Made by a program: the position numbers and the translations under genes | Notes under the pieces: model-generated | What the model saw: only the letters and a program-made list of their open reading frames with translations | Databases searched by the model: none | What the model was told of the DNA's origin: nothing | Shown: positions 24,522 to 38,100 of the stretch, in pieces | Position numbering within the stretch: position 1 is the stretch's first letter | Layout: each line of letters opens with the position of its first letter | Assembly (NCBI GenBank): GCA_951406725.2 | Contig: OX597821.1 | Span: 77,066,001-77,130,000, forward strand | Length of the DNA stretch: 64,000 nucleotides | DNA from: Octopus vulgaris | Taxonomy: Eukaryota | Direction of reading: 5' to 3'

Positions 24522-24823
24522 CCTTTTCAAGCCAAGCCAGACTCATGGGCCCCCTTTTTACCCGGTTTCTGTGGTGTATGTGTTCCCCCCAGCTGGACGG
24601 GACGGCTGTCCATCGCAGCGTTACTCAAGAAATAAGAAGGGAAAGTGAGCGAAAGTTGGGGCGAAAGAGTACAACAGGGGTCGCCCTCCCCCCCTACCGG
24701 AGCATCGTGGAGTTTTAGATGTTTTCGCTCAATAAACACACACAACGCCCGGTCTAGGAGTCGAATCTGCGATCCTCCGACCGCGAGTCCGCTGCCGTAA
24801 CCACTGGGCCATTGCGCCTCCAC
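24522..24823 (-). mobile_element. SINE with S3 head and an alternative 3' tail
   Basis: minus GTGGAGGCGCAATGGCCCAGTGG head, then ...GAAACCGGG...GCCCATGAGTCTGGCTTGGCTTGAAAAGG. Confidence 0.8.
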
Positions 24824-24840
24824 TCCTATATCTATATCTA

Positions 24841-24880
<40 letters not shown>

Positions 24881-24888
24881 CATACACA

Positions 24889-24978
<90 letters not shown>

Positions 24979-24983
<5 letters not shown>

Positions 24984-25839
24984 TGGGTGGAAAGTAACTG
25001 GGTATTAAAAATTGCTTATAGAATTTTTAATATCACTGAAGTCATACCAAAAATATTTTTTAGACAGACAACACTAATGGGGACCTGGTTTTCATACGGT
25101 CTTATATTTTATTTCTTATTTTCCAGATGGTCGGTCGCTTGACTGTTCAGGAACGAGTTAAGATGTTAGCACGCTATGAAGTGTGGGATTCCAATGCTTT
25201 GGTTCAGAGATGGTGGCGTGCATGGAACACTACGTCCGGAGACAATAAAAGGTTGTCATGCAAAGCTGATGACCACGGGCTCTGTGAGCGATGCAAGAAA
25301 TGGCCGTCCAACCACACCCCGACCAGCGGAGAACGTGGCAACAGTGCAGGAAATGTTTAATCGCAGCCCGCAGAACTCAACAAGTCTAGTAGCTCGTGGA
25401 AGTGGACTAACAAGACACACAATGCGTACGGTGTTGCATAAAGAATTGAATTTTCGTCCGCGGAAACCCTCATTACGTGCAGGAACTAAAACCTGAAGAC
25501 TTTAAACGCAGAATGGAATACAGAATGGCCTCCAAGAAGCCCAGATCTCACTCCATGTGATTTTTACCCCTGGGGTTACACAAAAGAGGTGTTGTACAAG
25601 ACAAAACCTCGCATACTGAGGGACTTGGAGACACGGATTCAAGAGGTTCTCAATGATATCCCAGACAACGTCCTTCAGAAGGTTGTTCATTCCATCCCTG
25701 GCCATTTGCGGAAACTGGTTGACATAACTGGTGCACACGTTGTAATAAAGAACATGAATCATTTGCTTCAATAAATTTGCAAAAGGAATATGGATTTTAT
25801 TACCAATTTTTAATGCCAACTTACTTTTCACCTACCCTG
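24979..25839 (+). mobile_element. internally deleted Tc1/mariner element (DD41D/rosa-like)
   Basis: TIRs CACGGTGGGTGGAAAGTAACTGG / CCAACTTACTTTTCACCTACCCTG; HTH remnant TGSVSD..GRP..SP..ST..HYVQELKPED joined to WPPRSPDLTPCDF.WG...GAHV. Confidence 0.85.
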
Positions 25840-25867
25840 TGTGTGTGAATATATATGTATGTATATA

Positions 25868-26155
25868 TCTTTATATATAAAAGTGAAGTTGTGTGTCTGT
25901 CTCCTACGATTTAGATTCCTAACTACTCCCACATTTTGCGGTGCAGTTTAACCAAAAGCGGGTATCTTATAGCCGTGATTCATATCGATCCCTTCTGGGT
26001 ATTAGCACGCGTCTACGATGAGCCTACGATTAAAAAATAAAAATTACCATCATTTTTCCCATCTTAATGCATTATTTTGCTATTATATAAGGGAAGTAAC
26101 TTCTTATATAGTTATTTCCCTTACAAACCCGAGCAACGCCGGGCGATACTGCTAG
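25868..26155 (+). mobile_element. non-autonomous Helitron (deleted sister of 15164-15561)
   Basis: A|TC...CCCGAGCAACGCCGGGCGATACTGCTAG|T; lacks about 110 bp of internal sequence. Confidence 0.85.
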
Positions 26156-26390
26156 TAATATATACATATATATGTATGTGTGTGAATATATATATATATG
26201 TATGTGTGCGCGTGTATGTTTGTGTGTGTATGTGTGTGTGTTTGTATGTATGTACGCGTGTGAGCTTATGTGTGTGTGCGTGCGCGCGCGGGGGTGTGTA
26301 TTTGTGTTTTATAAAATATAATAAAATATATTTGTTTTAACTTTAATAATGTTTGCATTTCAAAATCCATCTTGGCATATATATTAAATT

Positions 26391-26625
<235 letters not shown>

Positions 26626-27024
26626 GTAACATGGTGAGATGAAACAAAAAGAAAACAATGAGCAGAGATAAGAACAAAACTAGACAAGAGGCGATGAGAT
26701 GATTCATTTCCTACACGCACGCGCGCACACACACAGAGGGAGAGAGAGTAAGAGAGAATGAGAGAGAGAAAGAGAGAGAGAGAGAGTAAGACAGAGAGAG
26801 AAAGAAAGAGAGAGAGAGAGAGTTATAAATAGGACAAAGAAATACTCAAACATGACCTGGGTCGGAATGACATGGAAATAGTTTCAATTGTTATTTAATA
26901 TTTTGTGTTTCTAATTCCATAACTGCAGCCAAGCAAGAAACTACTCCATAGTCACCCAGCCCGATAGAAATAGCAACAAAATCTCCCTCAAGCCAAGCCC
27001 TGCTGTGTTAATAGATGCAAATGT

Positions 27025-27160
27025 TTAATTCATCGTGTTCCTTCCTGTTGAAGAACGTAAGCTCGAAACGTAAAAGACTTTCTCACCTTCCCGAGCGTCA
27101 AACTAATACATATCTGCTTCTTGTTTATATACATGTCTTCGTCTTTTGTTTTTCTAACTA
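27025..27160 (+). mobile_element. solo PLE pLTR (family A) with hammerhead at 27042-27076
   Basis: CTGTTGA-AGAAC-gtaa-GCTC-GAAAC-GTA-AAAGA plus the conserved downstream pLTR. Confidence 0.75.
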
Positions 27161-27338
27161 TAGAGAATCTAGTCGTATAAAACAGATGGGGTTGTCACGG
27201 TTAGAAAGTTTTTGCTCATGAGCTGTTCACCACAACTAGCCTGGGGATAGACAACAGCTCCACGAGAGTATAAACATACATACATACATACATACACACA
27301 CACACATACATACATACATACATACATACATACATACA

Positions 27339-27369
<31 letters not shown>

Positions 27370-27599
27370 TTGTTTACTACCCACAAGGGACTAAACATAG
27401 TGTGGACAAACAGGGACAGACAAACGCATTAAGTCGATTACATCGACTCCTGTGCATAACTGGTACCTAATTTATCGACCCCGAAAGGATGAAAGGCAAA
27501 GTCGACCTCGGCGGAATTTGAACTCAGAACCTAACGGCAGACGAAATATGGCTACGCATTTCGCCCGGCGTGCTAACATTTCTGCCAGCTCCCCGCCTT
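27370..27599 (-). mobile_element. SINE S2 monomer
   Basis: reverse-complement head, body and tail A. Confidence 0.85.
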
Positions 27600-27616
27600 C
27601 TTACATACATACATAC

Positions 27617-27697
<81 letters not shown>

Positions 27698-27789
27698 TGT
27701 GTGTATGTATGTGCATGCGTGTGTGCATGTGTCTGTATGTGTGTGTATGTGAGTGCGTGTATGTGTGTATGTGTGTGTGCATGTGTGTA

Positions 27790-27992
27790 TGTGATTGTCT
27801 TTGTGTCCCGATCACCGCTTGACAACTGGTGTTGGTTTGGTTACGTCTCCATCACTTAGCGATATTCGTCGAACGAGTTAGGTTCCAGTCTTTAAGAAAA
27901 TAAGTAGCGATTTGCGATTTGTTCGACAGAAACTCTTCAAGGCGTTGCCCCAGCATGACAGCTGTCTAATGACTAGAACAAGTAAAAGATAA
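27790..27992 (+). mobile_element. SINE S1 3' half
   Basis: CGCTTGACAAC..GGTGTTGG...CTTAGCG...CCAGCATG...GAACAAGTAAAAGA. Confidence 0.65.
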
Positions 27993-28145
27993 CGGAAGGG
28001 CACATCGTGGGTAACTTTAACAATAAGCGTTTAAATAAAACGATAGGTTGTCGGCCTCACAAAAGAAAACCTGGCTGATTGGATCACGTTACTAGAAACT
28101 TCTTGTCATTTGACACCATGTTTGCTTTCAATATGAACAGTAAGG

Positions 28146-28538
28146 AAGGTGGCGAGCTGGTACAATCGTTAGCACACCGGGCGAAATGCTTAGCGGTATT
28201 TCGTCTGCAGTTACGTTCTGAGTTCAAATTCCGCCGAGGTCAACTTTGCCTTTCATCCTTTCGGCGTCGATTAAATAAGTAACAGTTACGCACTGGGATC
28301 GACTTAATTCGTTTGTCTGTCCTTGTTTGTCCTCTCTGCGTTTAGCCCCTTGTGGGTAGTAAAGAAATAGGTATTTCGTCTGCCGCCACGTTCTGAGTTC
28401 AAATTCCGCCGAGGTCGACTTTGCTTTTCATCCTTTCGGGATCGATAAATTGAGTACCAGTTGCGTACTGAGGTCGATCTAATCGACTGGCCCCCCTCTC
28501 CAAAGATTTCGAGCCTTGTGTCTAGAGTAGAAAAGAAA
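28146..28538 (+). mobile_element. SINE S2 internal dimer
   Basis: head-body-tailA-body-tailB; TSD ATGAACAGTAAGG at 28133-28145 and 28539-28551. Confidence 0.88.
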
Positions 28539-28939
28539 ATGAACAGTAAGGCTAGACCTTTCCAGACACTACGAATATACAGAGAAGAGAAATCAAGCGC
28601 TTTTTAAACTAATTTTACTGCTTTTATATGCAACACCTCTGTTATTTCGCCGAGAATTTGTGATGTATCTTCACGATTCTTTCAACAGCAACACTATAAA
28701 TGTATCTTTAAATATACCTCAGTAAAGTGAACCATTTAAATATGACGCTGTGTTTTATGTGCATCTATGTATACACTCAGATATGCTGGGGGAGAGTCAC
28801 AGAGGGATGCTTCTGTAGATATTTCTATATTTGAACGTATTGCCAGTTATCTAAAGAATATTTATTTAGATACATATAAACATATGCTTACATGAATGCA
28901 CACACGCACACACACACACACACACATATGTATACACAA

Positions 28940-29002
<63 letters not shown>

Positions 29003-29005
<3 letters not shown>

Positions 29006-29215
29006 GTAGTAAATCCCCCAAAAGAAGAAGAACGAACATAAAAAAAAACAACGTGAGGTCGTGGTACATATAAAGTATTAGCTGACGCTCAGGGAAGGAA
29101 AGAAAGATGGTTTAACGTTTCGAGCAAAGCTCTTCGTCAGAAACAGAGGAAAGTCCAATAGAAAAAGAAGACGGAGGAAGAAAATCGCCAACGATTCACA
29201 TGTGGTTACATTTTG
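29003..29215 (-). mobile_element. solo PLE pLTR (family A2) with intact hammerhead at 29110-29144
   Basis: minus GTTT-CTGACGA-AGAGC-ttt-GCTC-GAAAC-GTT-AAAC; ends at (TA)n. Confidence 0.8.
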
Positions 29216-29295
29216 ATAAATGTAATCCGTTACACCACTTAGCCAGTGTACATAGTCGTTTAAATCACCAGTGAACTAAATCCCCATATTTTGTA

Positions 29296-29350
<55 letters not shown>

Positions 29351-29465
29351 GTGTATACGTACATTTGGTACCATTGTGTATATACATATTTGTGGGGGCG
29401 TGCGTGTGTTCGCGCGCGCGTTTCGCAGCGTGAATTGACGAGGGATTATAAATAGTCTTTTAAAC

Positions 29466-29788
29466 TAGGAATATCAAACACGCGACCCGCGGGTTGCATG
29501 CGCCCCTTTTCAAACGCAAGTGCAGCCTGCGATTGACGTAACTGGATGCTTAAAAATAGGAAAAGAAAAAGAAATTGCTAATAATAAAAATAATTGGTAA
29601 TAATTTAATTAATAAAAATAGGATCATTGACGAGCAAATAAAAGGTTTCAAAATTTTTTTTACTTAATAATAAAGAATTGATATTCAGAAATCTTACTTG
29701 TAAACGTATGTTTAAAAATATGCGGTCCCCATTGTAAGATGTATGTGAACAATGCGGCCCATAGAGGCTCAGCTGTTTGACATGTTTG
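29466..29788. mobile_element. hAT (Charlie/Buster-like) MITE, diverged
   Basis: TIR-like TAGGAATATCAAAC / GTTTGACATGTTTG, subterminal GCGGCCC-like repeats, 8-bp NNNTANNN flanks TTTTAAAC / CTTTAGGC. Confidence 0.55.
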
Positions 29789-30422
29789 CTTTAGGCCATA
29801 AAATCTTCGTTTAAGCAAGATTTTAAACAAACGCTCCCTATTCCGCCCTTCAAGTTATGATAAATACTATTCACCGTAGTATATGGGTGGCATTTAACGA
29901 CCTCATCAACTTTACAATTATTTATTTCATAAAAACATCCGTAAACATAATCCAGGAGTTCTGGATGGAATACCAACATAACTTACAGCATAATATTGGT
30001 CACTGTTTCTTGCTTATTATTATCTTCGTCAGGGATCGTCTTTCAACGAAAAACCAAACCTGATACTATAAAGCTTTATTTAATCGTTATAGTTTCGGTT
30101 CCCCTTAATTTTGTTCTTTCTCATTTTCTTCCTCTCCGTGCCTGAAGAACGGGGTAGGAATTATGGTACAATGTTGTCTGTATGCTTGTTTTTTTTTGTT
30201 TTTGTTTTTTTGCTTCGCTTTTGCTTCTCTTGGTTTCGAAAAAAAAAAACAACTATCATTTGCTGTTACTGTTTTACTTATTCGTATCGTCGGTTTTTTA
30301 TTCATATATTTATATATATTATTCTCTTATTTATTTATTTATTTATTTAATTATTGCATGTTCACTTTTAGCTTTAGAACCCAAGATTCAAAGGTACATA
30401 AATGCATACCTACGAATATAAA

Positions 30423-30760
30423 GGGGTAAAGACCCCCTTCGGTCATGAGTGACCATGGGTTTGCACCTAGAAAGTTACCCTCCCAGGCACAAGTCTGGGC
30501 AAGGTTGTTTATGGAAGGCCAGCAGTCGCCCATGCATACCGGCCTCCCCTCTCCACGCCACCAGTGTTGTCCAAGGGAAAGACAAAGGTCGATACAGCTT
30601 AGCACCAGTGACGTCGCAACTCATTTCTACAGATGAGTGAACTGGAGCAACGTGAAATAAAGTGTCTTGCTCAAGAACACAACATGCAGCCCGGTCCGGG
30701 ATTCGAGCTCACAACCTCACGATCGTAAGCTCGATGCTCTAACCACTGAGCCATGCGCAT
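30423..30760 (-). mobile_element. SINE with S4 head and a third type of tail
   Basis: minus tRNA-like head, TTGAGCAAGACACTTTATTTCACGTTGCTCCAG domain, tail ...CATGACCGAAGGGGGTCTTTACCCC. Confidence 0.75.
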
Positions 30761-30870
30761 ATTCACACATACGCATACATCATAACGCCTTACACACACG
30801 CGCACACAATCATACATATAAATATATACGTATATATGAGTGTGTATATATAAATATATATATATATATA

Positions 30871-31250
30871 GGCGCAGGAGTGGCTGTGTGGTAAGTAGCT
30901 TGTTTACCAACCACACGGTTCCGGGTTCAGTCCCACTGCGTGGCACCTTGGGCAAGTGTCTTCTACTATAGCCTCGGGCCGACCAAAGCCTTGTGAGTGG
31001 ATTTGGTAGACGGAAACTGAAAGCCCGTCGTATAGATGTATATATGTATATGCGTGTGTGTGTTTGTCCCCCTAGCATTGCTTGACAACCGATGCTGGTT
31101 TGTTTATGTCCCCGTTACTTAGCGGTTCGATAGAATAAGCACTGGGCTTACAAAAGGTTAAGTCCCGGGGTCGAGCTGCTCGATTAAAGGCGGTGCTCCA
31201 GCATGGCCGCAGTCATATCACTGAAACAAGTAAAAGAGTAAAAGAGTAAA
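30871..31250 (+). mobile_element. SINE S1, full length
   Basis: complete head to (GTAAAAGA)n tail within (TA)n. Confidence 0.9.
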
Positions 31251-32130
31251 AGATATATATATATATATATATAGGCACAGTCACAGTCTAAGAGCCGAAA
31301 CAAAAGAGAAAATATATATAAGTGCACATACATACATACATACATACATACATACATACACACACATAATACATACATACATACATACGTACACACATAC
31401 ATACATACATACACATACATACATACGTACATACACACTCATACATACATACGTACACACACACATACATACATACATACATACATACATACATACATAC
31501 ATACATACATACATACGCCCACTTATATCCACATGCTTACGTAAATCTAGAGGTAAAAAGAGATTCGGTGAAACAGAGAGAGAGAGATGGGAAAGAAAAA
31601 GAGACAGAGGGAGAAAGAGACAGAGGAGGGAGGGAGAGAGAGAGAGAGATTAAAACGGGTGAAAGAGAAATAAACCTGCATCTTCTTTGACATGTTTTCA
31701 TGGAGAGATAATCCATGTTTATTCTTCTCCGGGTCGAAGGCGCCAACGCTTTCGCAATGGCAGTCGCTCTATTTATACACAATATGACAACGACTCTGTG
31801 GTCTTTTACAAACAACTCGGCTTCTAATTTCATTCGTTTACTCACCCGATTTTAAAATTGGCAGCTTTCTGCATTAACCAGCTATCTAACTAATTCAGAT
31901 TAAATTTATTAGTCGGCTAAAAATCTCATGCCGTCCTGTTTATAAAGCAAGCCTTCCAAGCGTTAAATTGACTAATTACAGCCCGAATCACTATAGAGAA
32001 ACTGATCGGCCAGTTGAGACTGATGAAATTAACAGTTGCCGTTTAATCGTCCCTCGACCTTATCTTGTAGAGCAGTAAATGACAACACAGCAACAACAAA
32101 AATCGCGCGCGCCCGTGTGTGAGTGTGTGT

Positions 32131-32184
<54 letters not shown>

Positions 32185-32328
32185 ATCTAACTATCTATCT
32201 ATCTATGAATGTATATATATGACTACAACATACATATGGATATATATTTGTGTGCGTGTATACATATATATAAGCATACATATATACATATATATACATA
32301 TATATATATAAGAACTTAATTTTTATTC

Positions 32329-32383
<55 letters not shown>

Positions 32384-32385
<2 letters not shown>

Positions 32386-33948
32386 AACGAGAATGGGCCC
32401 TAGCTATGCGAACCTGCTCATTGGTTACATTGAGGCCCAAATATTCTCAAGATTCATTGGTCCCGCTCCCGAACTATACAGTCGTTATATTGATGGCTGT
32501 ATCGGTGCGACCACACTCTCCCGCGAACATCTAGACTCTTCATCTCTTTTGTCCAATCCTTCCACCCTGCCCTCGAATTCTTCTGCACCATCTCCAACAC
32601 TTCCGTTGCCTTTCTCGACATTTCGGTCAACATACACACCTCCACTCTCACTACCTTCGTCCACTACAAATACACAGACTCACGCTTCTCCTCTTCCCAC
32701 CCTATCCATACCAAGCTTTCCATCTCCTACTCCCAAATTCCTCCATCTGCGCAGGCTCTGTAGTGACAACCATGACTTTGAGACTCAGTCTCTACTCATG
32801 ACTTGCGACTTCATCCTTCGTGGATATCCCCTCACCACTAATCACATCGCCCTTGCCAGAGCACGTTCCGTGGACCATACCTCTGCTCTCTCTCTCTCTC
32901 TGCCCCACCCCGCCGTTACTTGTCTCCCGTTTCCCTCTACCTACCACCCTTCCACTTTGCCTTTCCAACGCACCATTCTCCGAGCCTTCCAGTGACACCA
33001 GTCTAACCCCTCCACTTCGCACATCTTCCCCAACCTACCCCTACTCTCCTTCAAACGAGCCCACAGCCTAACCCCACCTCCCAACCTGGTTCGTTCCCCT
33101 GCTCTCGCCCACACTTGCCCCTACCTCTCCAACACCACCATCCTCACATGCACCCATCATCGTCCCTATCACATCACTGACTCCTTTACATGCACTTCTA
33201 GCAACGTCATTTACTGCATCTTCTGCTCTTTCTGTCCTCTGTACATCGGTCAAACGGGACGCTGCTTGGCTGACCGGTTCACGGAGCACCTCCGAGACAT
33301 TAGATTCAGCAACAACACCCCGTCTCGCGCCATTTCCGCTCTACCGCTTATTCATTACAACACTTGTCTGTGTTTGGATTGTCTTTGCACAGGGGCCATC
33401 CGGACTCCAGCCTTCGCCGTGAACAAGGATTAATATTCTCTCTTCTACATACCCCATCCCTACCCCCAAACCCCACCCTTGCATCCCCACACCCCACCAC
33501 CGCCACACTACACCACACAACACCACATTACCACGCCCCATATACACTAGCACTGACCACTTCCCAGTACCTACACCATCATCCACGCATCAACACATTA
33601 CAGACGCACATACTTACGTCAAAGTCAGCAGACCCTGTCCACATGCACCTACTTACAGACGCTCACATACACACACGCGCGCACCTTCGTTTTGGGATCA
33701 CCAATACTTTATTATCTCCCCTTTCTACCTAGCTGTCCTGTTTAACTACCTCTGTACAACCAGCCGCAATGATTGACCTCTATCTCCAAACGTTTTTATT
33801 CTCTCTGTTTATTTCATCGTGTTCCTTTCTGTTGAAGAGCGTATGCTCGAAACGTAAAAGACTTTCTCACCTTCCCAAGCGTTAAACTACTATACCTGTT
33901 TGTTGTTTATACACCTGTCTTCGTCTTTTGTTTTCTCTAAATTTCAAC
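32384..33948 (+). mobile_element. Neptune-type PLE, second and more decayed 5'-truncated copy, with hammerhead at 33826-33859
   Basis: frameshifted homologue of 19440-20555 (MGPSYANL, RYIDG, LRRLCS, RGYP, YIGQTGR); pLTR CTGTTGA-AGAGC-gtat-GCTC-GAAAC-GTA; both ends in (TA)n. Confidence 0.9.
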
Positions 33949-33971
33949 TATATATATATATATATATATAT

Positions 33972-34220
33972 ATCACCTTGACCACCTTGACCGACCAGTC
34001 CATCAGGCGTCCATTTGACACCGCTGGTCACAGCACGCTGTCCACTCCTCTCTGATCCCAATCGTCCTCCTGAAATCGTAACTCCACCGTCGTGGAGGCC
34101 TTCCGGGTGGTCGTTTTCGCTCGCGCGGGTACAACTCGACAACTGCGCGGGTCCACCGATTATCGGTGACCCGGGCGACGTGTCCTGCCCATCTAAACTT
34201 GATGCGTGTATACTCTGCGA
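33972..34220 (-). mobile_element. RTE-clade LINE 3' end
   Basis: minus KFRWAGHVARVTDNRWTRAVVELYPRERKRPPGRPPRRWSYD; tail GGTCAAGGT repeated twice; in (TA)n. Confidence 0.85.
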
Positions 34221-34230
34221 TATATATATA

Positions 34231-34286
34231 TATACTTTATTGAAAAGCAGCAGAAATATCACAAAAACTATTACTCAGAGTTTGTG
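34231..34286 (-). mobile_element. pLTR fragment homologous to 45276-45490
   Basis: AAAAGCAGCAGAAATATCACAAAAAC..TTACTCA shared between the two loci. Confidence 0.6.
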
Positions 34287-34391
34287 AATAGATAATTAAG
34301 AAAATTGGAGTCTACAAGACGGGTTAACTTTGGATATTTATTTTCTATCACTACAATTGCTTCCACGCAACATAGTTCTCCAGGTTACATA

Positions 34392-34453
<62 letters not shown>

Positions 34454-34460
34454 CTATCTA

Positions 34461-34546
<86 letters not shown>

Positions 34547-34840
34547 AATCTATCTATCTATCAATCTATCTATCAATCTATCTATGAATGTGCATATAGG
34601 CCCAGTATATTTGTCAAATCCGACACGGTAGGTGATTTCATTTCAACATTGTCTGAATTTTGTTGAAACAGTAGAAAATACCTGTTATCAAGCATGCCCC
34701 TTACGTGAATTGGTGGATCGTTTAGGTAACAGCATGTTAACACCTGTAATAATGACATTTAATGATGTTATTCGTTGTTGTTGTTGTTGTTGATGATGTT
34801 GTTGTTATTGTTGTTGTTATTGATGATGATGATGATGATT

Positions 34841-34871
<31 letters not shown>

Positions 34872-35589
34872 CGTCGTCGCTGTTGCTGCTACTATTGCAG
34901 CCGACTGTGATCGAGTAAATCTTTGCTCAGAATTGTACCAGCTCAACCAAACTGAAGGCGGCGGGCATCGACGAGGCTCAAAAAGCAAGAAAGGCTAACG
35001 GAAACGTATTGCCAGAATTGAAGAAAATCTGAGCAGCAAGCGAATCGTTTTGCAGGAATTTCCAAATATCGCGTCCATCGCATTTCGAAGCAGTCTCATT
35101 TCTTACAGTAGTCGATGCTCTCAATGAAGATTAACCAGAGCAAAGATTAGAGTTTTGCGTAGGCATTTGGCAAAACGTATAAATGCAGGTTTTCCAACAA
35201 AGTCTGCTTGGAGTGATGAGACTCCATCTAAATTAAATGACTCAGGTAACTGTTACAGTTGAACCTACAAGGAACCTAAGAATCCGCGTATTACAGAGGA
35301 ACATCTTGTATGTGTGACTGTGGAGTACTCAGCCACTTGAACGTTAATTTCACGAGCAAGCTATTTTATTGATTGGATCAATTAGAACGTTTGTCGTTGT
35401 AACTACCAGTTTTTACTTAAAAGATAAACTTTACAGGACCAAACCGACAATAGTCAATCAGTTGAAATTAGACAAGGAATGAGAATGCGCTCAAAATTAA
35501 ACAAATCGTGACACAAGCAAGTATCTAAAAGCCACCAAATGCTCAATGACCTGAAAGAACATTAAATTTGAAATATTTATTACAAATAT

Positions 35590-36175
35590 GTCTTTCTACT
35601 CTAGCCAGAAGGCCCGAAATTTTGAGAGAGGGGGCCAGTCAATGAGATCTACCCTAGTACGCAACTGGTATTCAATTTATCGACCCCGAAAGGATGAATG
35701 GCAAAGTCGACCTCGGTGGAAATTGAACTCAGAACGTAAAGACAGACGAAATACCTATTTCTTTACTACCCACAAGGGGCTGAACATAGAGGAGACAAAC
35801 AAGGACAGACAAACTGATTAAGTCGATTATATCGACCCCAGTGCGTAACTGGTACTTATTTAATCGACCCCGAAAGGACGAAAGGCAAAGTCGACCTCGG
35901 CGGAATTTGAACTCAGAACGTAGCGGCAGACGGAATACCTATTTCTTTACTACCCACAAGGGGCTAAATACAGAGAGGACAAACAAGTACAGACAAACGG
36001 ATTAAGTCGATTATATCGACCCCAGTGTGTACCTGGTACTTATTTAATCGATCCTGAAAGGATGAAAGGCAAAGTCGACCTCGGCGGAATTTGAACTCAG
36101 AACGTAGCAGCAGCCGAAATACCGCTAAGCATTTCGCCCGGCGTGCTAACGTTTCTGCCAGCTCCCACCGCCTTA
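35590..36175 (-). mobile_element. SINE S2 internal trimer
   Basis: one head followed by three bodies of about 180 bp (tail A, tail A, tail B). Confidence 0.9.
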
Positions 36176-36784
36176 GAAATATACAAATATTAACAATGTA
36201 ACTCAATTGGTCATACCACTTGTGCGTATGTGTATGCATGAATAAGTGTGTGCATATATATAAACGTATCTATGTATGTGTTTGCGTAGAGCCTTCATGA
36301 AGTGGGAGCCCATACTTCCCTTGAATAACTTAGTAGAATTAAAATACCTTTCTCCAACATTCTTCAAAGTTTTCTCAGCAATAATTATGATAAATAATTA
36401 CTTCTAAAGCCATGTGCTGCATCTGAAGTATTTCCAAGTAATTCTATTGTAATTTAATTCAGTCTCGCAGATAAGGTTTATACTTAAACCTGAAACTGTG
36501 AAAGACAAAACGCCTTGCCTTGAGAACATCACAAGTTACAAAGGCGCCGTGTATCTTCCATCTGCCGCGGCACTTTAACAAGAGAAGAGAGTATAATGTT
36601 TTATAAAAGAGACACCTGATGGTTTGGAGCGGATTTACTCGGAGGACGGGTTGGAGGTGGGGGGGGGGGGGGTAGAAGGAAAAAAAAAAGTTTGGGTAAA
36701 TAAATGAAAAAAAAAAAATATCACGCCAGGAATTTATGTTGGCTTGGTCAGCTTATTTTGTTGGGTAACTACTATGCTGTTATC

Positions 36785-37053
36785 GATGATGATGATGATG
36801 AGGTAGTGATGGTGATGAGGTAGTGATGGTGATGGTGATGATGACGATGATGATGATAATGATGATGACACAACAACAATGACTACGACAACGATGATGA
36901 CGATGATGATGATGATGAGGAGGAGGAGGAGGAGGAGGAGGACAATGATGATGATAATTTATGCTGAATGCTGGCGACGACGACGATGATGACTGTCATG
37001 ATGATGATGATGATGGTAGTGATGGTGATGATGTAGATAATGATGGAGATGAC

Positions 37054-37087
<34 letters not shown>

Positions 37088-37152
37088 GTAGTGATGGGGA
37101 TGATGATGATAACGATGACACAACAACAATGACGACGACAGCGATGACGATG
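36785..37152. repeat. (GAT)n-rich degenerate trinucleotide tract with internal duplication
   Basis: GATGACACAACAACAATGAC occurs twice. Confidence 0.85.
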
Positions 37153-38100
37153 CGTACATGGAATAATTTACGGTGATCAGTTACCATGTTCCGTGTCTAA
37201 AACAGTCTCCACCAACTTACTCTACGCAATATTGTTGACCAGCAAATCAATTTGGAGCGAATCCATTAGTTTTACGATTGATTCTCTTTGACTCTTCAAC
37301 TAATTCTTCCATGACACCACTCTACTTAAGCACTTCTCTTCTTAATGTCTCCTTAATGGACGATTAGGTAAGTGTTTCGAAATACGTGTTATACTTTCTT
37401 TTTATTGAAAGTTTTACGCGAGGAGAACAAACGCATAACTTCTTTATTAACGGAATCCAACGGTTCTTATATCCATCGGTGGAAAAGCAAAACTGAATCT
37501 GTCCACTACAAACAGAACCATGGAATTTCAATTAAAATAGGAACTGTTGCATGAACGGCATGTGGGCTTACAGGAGATGTTTCCCTCAAATACGGAGATT
37601 ACTAAGAAAGAAATGGAAGAGAAAAACAATCCTTTCTGTGTTGAGTGTGGGGAGTGAAGTTTTTTACGTATCATTGGAAACAGGTGTTTCGTCGGTTTGG
37701 AAGAAGAGCACAAAATAAGAGCTAATTCAAATCACGTGTGAAGACAACTTTGAAGTCTCCACTCATCCACTTCAGCCAATGTATTTCTTCACCGTGAATA
37801 GAAAATAAAGTGAGGGCTCCGATTTTAAATGTATTTTCGTTTTATTTTGTTTTATTTCGTTTTTATCGTGCAAGAAACTTCGGGGAGTGAAAACGGTAAA
37901 ATAATGTTTTAGGTTTTTTTTTCCTTTATTAGTGTGTACAAGGAGTCGGGGCTTCGTTGCTGTTTACAGCTGGTTTTGGTTCTTTTAAAAGGCTTCGAAA
38001 AATATTTTTATTCTCTTTGAATTGTGTTGATCAGCGTTTTATTGATATCTGTCGCATTAAAATTGCAGTTTGTCTTTTCATTTTTTTAAAAATATATATA

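Noticed and set aside
34890-35170. Possible host exon after TTGCAG
   Set aside because: Stops in all frames within a short distance and no recognisable protein motif
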